From assembly GCA_964057225.1 (NCBI GenBank), contig CAXKVF010000095.1:1-64000 (forward strand): 64,000 bases of DNA. The letters run 5' to 3'. The translations under genes were made by a program, and so were the position numbers. Under the pieces are notes generated by a model. The model worked only from the letters and a program-made list of their open reading frames with translations, was not told the origin of the DNA and did not search any database. Every line of letters begins with the position of its first letter. Position 1 is the stretch's first letter. This document shows positions 57,001 to 64,000 of this stretch, one piece after another. This DNA is from Auanema rhodensis. Its lineage: Eukaryota > Animalia > Nematoda.

Positions 57001-60000
57001 GAAAACCGCATCTCTTTATCTTTCACGTGAAGCGAGTTACATACCAAGTGCACATCACGTGTACATTTAATTAGCATAAATTAAAGTTCACGTAAATTTC
57101 AAAGTCATGGTTACCATGAAGCAATATCAATAAAAATTTGTTTTTAGACTAATATGGACATGGGGAATCTAATTTTGAAAACCGCATCTCTTTATCTTTC
57201 ACGTGAAGCGAGTTACATACCAAGTGCACATCACGTGTACATTTAATTAGCATAAATTAAAGTTCACGTAAATTTCAAAGTCATGGTTACCATGAACCAA
57301 TATCAATAAAAATTTGTTTTTAGACTAATATGGACATGGGGAATCTAATTTTGAAAACCGCATCTCTTTATCTTTCACGTGAAGCGAGTTACATACCAAG
57401 TGCACATCACGTGTACATTTAATTAGCATAAATTAAAGTTCACGTAAATTTCAAAGTCATGGTTACCATGCACCAATATCAATAAAAATTTGTTTTTAGA
57501 CTAATATGGACATGGGGAATCTAATTTTGAAAACCGCATCTCTTTATCTTTCACGTGAAGCGAGTTACATACCAAGTGCACATCACGTGTACATTTAATT
57601 AGCATAAATTAAAGTTCACGTAAATTTCAAAGTCATGGTTACCATGAAGCAATATCAATAAAAATTTGTTTTTAGACTAATATGGACATGGGGAATCTAA
57701 TTTTGAAAACCGCATCTCTTTATCTTTCACGTGAAGCGAGTTACATACCAAGTGCACATCACGTGTACATTTAATTAGCATAAATTAAAGTTCACGTAAA
57801 TTTCAAAGTCATGGTTACCATGAAGCAATATCAATAAAAATTTGTTTTTAGACTAATATGGACATGGGGAATCTAATTTTGAAAACCGCATCTCTTTATC
57901 TTTCACGTGAAGCGAGTTACATACCAAGTGCACATCACGTGTACATTTAATTAGCATAAATTAAAGTTCACGTAAATTTCAAAGTCATGGTTACCATGAA
58001 GCAATATCAATAAAAATTTGTTTTTAGACTAATATGGACATGGGGATTCTAATTTTGAAAACCGCATCTCTTTATCTTTCACGTGAAGCGAGTTACATAC
58101 CAAGTGCACATCACGTGTACATTTAATTAGCATAAATTAAAGTTCACGTAAATTTCAAAGTCATGGTTACCATGAAGCAATATCAATAAAAATTTGTTTT
58201 TAGACTAATATGGACATGGGGAATCTAATTTTGAAAACCGCATCTCTTTATCTTTCACGTGAAGCGAGTTACATACCAAGTGCACATCACGTGTACATTT
58301 AATTAGCATAAATTAAAGTTCACGTAAATTTCAAAGTCATGGTTACCATGAAGCAATATCAATAAAAATTTGTTTTTAGACTAATATGGACATGGGGAAT
58401 CTAATTTTGAAAACCGCATCTCTTTATCTTTCACGTGAAGCGAGTTACATACCAAGTGCACATCACGTGTACATTTAATTAGCATAAATTAAAGTTCACG
58501 TAAATTTCAAAGTCATGGTTACCATGAAGCAATATCAATAAAAATTTGTTTTTAGACTAATATGGACATGGGGATTCTAATTTTGAAAACCGCATCTCTT
58601 TATCTTTCACGTGAAGCGAGTTACATACCAAGTGCACATCACGTGTACATTTAATTAGCATAAATTAAAGTTCACGTAAATTTCAAAGTCATGGTTACCA
58701 TGAAGCAATATCAATAAAAATTTGTTTTTAGACTAATATGGACATGGGGAATCTAATTTTGAAAACCGCATCTCTTTATCTTTCACGTGAAGCGAGTTAC
58801 ATACCAAGTGCACATCACGTGTACATTTAATTAGCATAAATTAAAGTTCACGTAAATTTCAAAGTCATGGTTACCATGAAGCAATATCAATAAAAATTTG
58901 TTTTTAGACTAATATGGACATGGGGGATCTAATTTTGAAAACCGCATCTCTTTATCTTTCACGTGAAGCGAGTTACATACCAAGTGCACATCACGTGTAC
59001 ATTTAATTAGCATAAATTAAAGTTCACGTAAATTTCAAAGTCATGGTTACCATGAAGCAATATCAATAAAAATTTGTTTTTAGACTAATATGGACATGGG
59101 GAATCTAATTTTGAAAACCGCATCTCTTTATCTTTCACGTGAAGCGAGTTACATACCAAGTGCACATCACGTGTACATTTAATTAGCATAAATTAAAGTT
59201 CACGTAAATTTCAAAGTCATGGTTACCATGAACCAATATCAATAAAAATTTGTTTTTAGACTAATATGGACATGGGGAATCTAATTTTGAAAACCGCATC
59301 TCTTTATCTTTCACGTGAAGCGAGTTACATACCAAGTGCACATCACGTGTACATTTAATTAGCATAAATTAAAGTTCACGTAAATTTCAAAGTCATGGTT
59401 ACCATGCACCAATATCAATAAAAATTTGTTTTTAGACTAATATGGACATGGGGAATCTAATTTTGAAAACCGCATCTCTTTATCTTTCACGTGAAGCGAG
59501 TTACATACCAAGTGCACATCACGTGTACATTTAATTAGCATAAATTAAAGTTCACGTAAATTTCAAAGTCATGGTTACCATGAAGCAATATCAATAAAAA
59601 TTTGTTTTTAAACTAATATGGACATGGGGAATCTAATTTTGAAAACCGCATCTCTTTATCTTTCACGTGAAGCGAGTTACATACCAAGTGCACATCACGT
59701 GTACATTTAATTAGCATAAATTAAAGTTCACGTAAATTTCAAAGTCATGGTTACCATGAAGCAATATCAATAAAAATTTGTTTTTAGACTAATATGGACA
59801 TGGGGAATCTAATTTTGAAAACCGCATCTCTTTATCTTTCACGTGAAGCGAGTTACATACCAAGTGCACATCACGTGTACATTTAATTAGCATAAATTAA
59901 AGTTCACGTAAATTTCAAAGTCATGGTTACCATGAACCAATATCAATAAAAATTTGTTTTTAGACTAATATGGACATGGGGAATCTAATTTTGAAAACCG

Positions 60001-62528
60001 CATCTCTTTATCTTTCACGTGAAGCGAGTTACATACCAAGTGCACATCACGTGTACATTTAATTAGCATAAATTAAAGTTCACGTAAATTTCAAAGTCAT
60101 GGTTACCATGAACCAATATCAATAAAAATTTGTTTTTAGACTAATATGGACATGGGGAATCTAATTTTGAAAACCGCATCTCTTTATCTTTCACGTGAAG
60201 CAAGTTACATACCAAGTGCACATCACGTGTACATTTAATTAGCATAAATTAAAGTTCACGTAAATTTCAAAGTCATGGTTACCATGCACCAATATCAATA
60301 AAAATTTGTTTTTAGACTAATATGGACATGGGAAATCTAATTTTGAAAACCGCATCTCTTTATCTTTCACGTGAAGCGAGTTACATACCAAGTGCACATC
60401 ACGTGTACATTTAATTAGCATAAATTAAAGTTCACGTAAATTTCAAAGTCATGGTTACCATGCACCAATATCAATAAAAATTTGTTTTTAGACTAATATG
60501 GACATGGGGAATCTAATTTTGAAAACCGCATCTCTTTATCTTTCACGTGAAGCGAGTTACATACCAAGTGCACATCACGTGTACATTTAATTAGCATAAA
60601 TTAAAGTTCACGTATATTTCAAAGTCATGGTTACCATGAACCAATATCAATAAAAATTTGTTTTTAGACTAATATGGACATGGGGAATCTAATTTTGAAA
60701 ACCGCATCTCTTTATCTTTCACGTGAAGCGAGTTACATACCAAGTGCACATCACGTGTACATTTAATTAGCATAAATTAAAGTTCACGTAAATTTCAAAG
60801 TCATGGTTACCATGAACCAATATCAATAAAAATTTGTTTTTAGACTAATATGGACATGGGGAATCTAATTTTGAAAACCGCATCTCTTCATCTTTCACGT
60901 GAAGCGAGTTACATACCAAGTGCACATCACGTGTACATTTAATTAGCATAAATTAAAGTTCACGTAAATTTCAAAGTCATGGTTACCATGAAGCAATATC
61001 AATAAAAATTTGTTTTTAGACTAATATGGACATGGGGAATCTAATTTTGAAAACCGCATCTCTTTATCTTTCACGTGAAGCGAGTTACATACCAAGTGCA
61101 CATCACGTGTACATTTAATTAGCATAAATTAAAGTTCACGTAAATTTCAAAGTCATGGTTACCATGAAGCAATATCAATAAAAATTTGTTTTTAAACTAA
61201 TATGGACATGGGGAATCTAATTTTGAAAACCGCATCTCTTTATCTTTCACGTGAAGCGAGTTACATACCAAGTGCACATCACGTGTACATTTAATTAGCA
61301 TAAATTAAAGTTCACGTAAATTTCAAAGTCATGGTTACCATGAAGCAATATCAATAAAAATTTGTTTTTAGACTAATATGGACATGGGGAATCTAATTTT
61401 GAAAACCGCATCTCTTTATCTTTCACGTGAAGCGAGTTACATACCAAGTGCACATCACGTGTACATTTAATTAGCATAAATTAAAGTTCACGTAAAATTC
61501 AAAGTCATGGTTACCATGCACCAATATCAATAAAAATTTGTTTTTAGACTAATATGGACATGGGGAATCTAATTTTGAAAACCGCATCTCTTTATCTTTC
61601 ACGTGAAGCGAGTTACATACCAAGTGCACATCACGTGTACATTTAATTAGCATAAATTAAAGTTCACGTAAATTTCAAAGTCATGGTTACCATGAACCAA
61701 TATCAATAAAAATTTGTTTTTAGACTAATATGGACATGGGGAATATAATTTTGGAAACCGCATCTCTTTATCTTTCACGTGAAGCGAGTTACATACCAAG
61801 TGCACATCACGTGTACATTTAATTAGCATAAATTAAAGTTCACGTAAATTTCAAAGTCATGGTTACCATGAAGCAATATCAATAAAAATTTGTTTTTAGA
61901 CTAATATGGACATGGGGAATCTAATTTTGAAAACCGCATCTCTTTATCTTTCACGTGAAGCGAGTTACATACCAAGTGCACATCACGTGTACATTTAATT
62001 AGCATAAATTAAAGTTCACGTATATTTCAAAGTCATGGTTACCATGAACCAATATCAATAAAAATTTGTTTTTAGACTAATATGGACATGGGGAATCTAA
62101 TTTTGAAAACCGCATCTCTTTATCTTTCACGTGAAGCGAGTTACATACCAAGTGCTTATCACGTGTACATTTAATTAGCATAAATTAAAGTTCACGTAAA
62201 TTTCAAAGTCATGGTTACCATGCACCAATATCAATAAAAATTTGTTTTTAGACTAATATGGACATGGGGAATCTAATTTTGAAAACCGCATCTCTTTATC
62301 TTTCACGTGGAGCGAGTTACATACCAAGTGCACATCACGTGTACATTTAATTAGCATAAATTAAAGTTCACGTAAATTTCAAAGTCATGGTTACCATGCA
62401 CCAATATCAATAAAAATTTGTTTTTAGACTAATATGGACATGGGGAATCTAATTTTGAAAACCGCATCTCTTTATCTTTCACGTGAAGCGAGTTACATAC
62501 CAAGTGCACATCACGTGTACATTTAATT

Positions 62529-64000
62529 AGCATAAATTAAAGTTCACGTAAATTTCAAAGTCAAGGTTACCATGAAGCAATATCAATAAAAATTTGTTTT
62601 TAGACTAATATGGACATGGGGAATCTAATTTTGAAAACCGCATCTCTTTATCTTTCACGTGAAGCGAGTTACATACCAAGTGCACATCACGTGTACATTT
62701 AATTAGCATAAATTAAAGTTCACGTAAATTTCAAAGTCATGGTTACCATGCACCAATATCAATAAAAATTTGTTTTTAGACTAATATGAACATGGGGGAT
62801 CTAATTTTGAAAACCGCATCTCTTTATCTTTCACGTGAAGCGAGTTACATACCAAGTGCACATCACGTGTACATTTAATTAGCATAAATTAAAGTTCACG
62901 TAAATTTCAAAGTCATGGTTACCATGAACCAATATCAATAAAAATTTGTTTTTAGACTAATATGGACATGGGGAATCTAATTTTGAAAACCGCATCTCTT
63001 TATCTTTCACGTGAAGCGAGTTACATACCAAGTGCACATCACGTGTACATTTAATTAGCATAAATTAAAGTTCACGTAAATTTCAAAGTCATGGTTACCA
63101 TGCACCAATATCAATAAAAATTTGTTTTTAGACTAATATGGACATGGGGAATCTAATTTTGAAAACCGCATCTCTTTATCTTTCACGTGAAGCAAGTTAC
63201 ATACCAAGTGCACATCACGTGTACATTTAATTAGCATAAATTAAAGTTCACGTAAATTTCAAAGTCATGGTTACCATGCACCAATATCAATAAAAATTTG
63301 TTTTTAGACTAATATGGACATGGGAAATCTAATTTTGAAAACCGCATCTCTTTATCTTTCACGTGAAGCGAGTTACATACCAAGTGCACATCACGTGTAC
63401 ATTTAATTAGCATAAATTAAAGTTCACGTAAATTTCAAAGTCAAGGTTACCATGAAGCAATATCAATAAAAATTTGTTTTTAGACTAATATGGACATGGG
63501 GAATCTAATTTTGAAAACCGCATCTCTTTATCTTTCACGTGAAGCGAGTTACATACCAAGTGCACATCACGTGTACATTTAATTAGCATAAATTAAAGTT
63601 CACGTAAATTTCAAAGTCATGGTTACCATGCACCAATATCAATAAAAATTTGTTTTTAGACTAATATGAACATGGGGGATCTAATTTTGAAAACCGCATC
63701 TCTTTATCTTTCACGTGAAGCGAGTTACATACCAAGTGCACATCACGTGTACATTTAATTAGCATAAATTAAAGTTCACGTAAATTTCAAAGTCATGGTT
63801 ACCATGAACCAATATCAATAAAAATTTGTTTTTAGACTAATATGGACATGGGGAATCTAATTTTGAAAACCGCATCTCTTTATCTTTCACGTGAAGCGAG
63901 TTACATACCAAGTGCACATCACGTGTACATTTAATTAGCATAAATTAAAGTTCACGTAAATTTCAAAGTCATGGTTACCATGCACCAATATCAATAAAAA
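62529..64000 (+). repeat. Duplication with 5-monomer period (880 bp), second copy running off the window end
   Basis: TCAAGGTT 62564/63444 and ATGAACATGGGGGAT 62789/63669. Confidence 0.85.

Larger units (their letters stand above)
1..64000 (+). repeat. Tandem satellite DNA array, 176-bp monomer, ~364.4 copies, probable (peri)centromeric satellite; extends beyond both window edges
   Basis: AGCATAAATTAAAGTTCACG recurs at 1, 177, 353, 529, then 704+176k to 25520, 25633+176k to 29153, 29266+176k to 42994, and 43169+176k to 63937. No inversion or foreign insertion seen. The array itself is directly observed; the centromeric role is inference only. Confidence 0.99.

Noticed and set aside
1-64000. 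CRISPR array or other repeat-spacer system
   Set aside because: The palindromic segments are separated by identical, not unique, sequence. There are no spacers, leader or cas genes.
1-64000. Tandem RNA gene cluster (5S rRNA, tRNA, snRNA, spliced leader)
   Set aside because: No recognisable Pol III A/B/C boxes, cloverleaf or 5S sequence in the monomer.
1-64000. A code or message in the order of AAC/CAC/AAG monomer types
   Set aside because: The order is adequately explained by nested duplications, and I see no array-wide periodicity.

Overview
The entire 64-kb window is one uninterrupted head-to-tail satellite DNA array of a 176-bp, AT-rich monomer (about 32% GC by hand count). It holds 364 complete monomers plus a 64-bp partial copy, all in the same orientation and mostly within 0-2 substitutions of consensus. 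Only four monomers differ in length: two 175-bp units and two 113-bp units. I see no genes, transposons, RNA genes, CRISPR spacers or unique sequence. The single ORF in the track is a by-product of one SNP in one monomer. Monomer length, homogeneity, array size and dyad-rich content resemble a eukaryotic (peri)centromeric satellite, but I cannot assign the species or a named family. The informative signal is in the rare variants. They record nested tandem duplications of 3, 4, 5, 6, 10, about 15 and about 19 monomers, an incipient 6-mer higher-order repeat, a duplicated deletion-with-filler scar, an in-register insertion copied from 8 kb away, and a switch in dominant monomer haplotype near 23 kb. 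No novel protein-coding system can be supported. All variant calls were made by eye.
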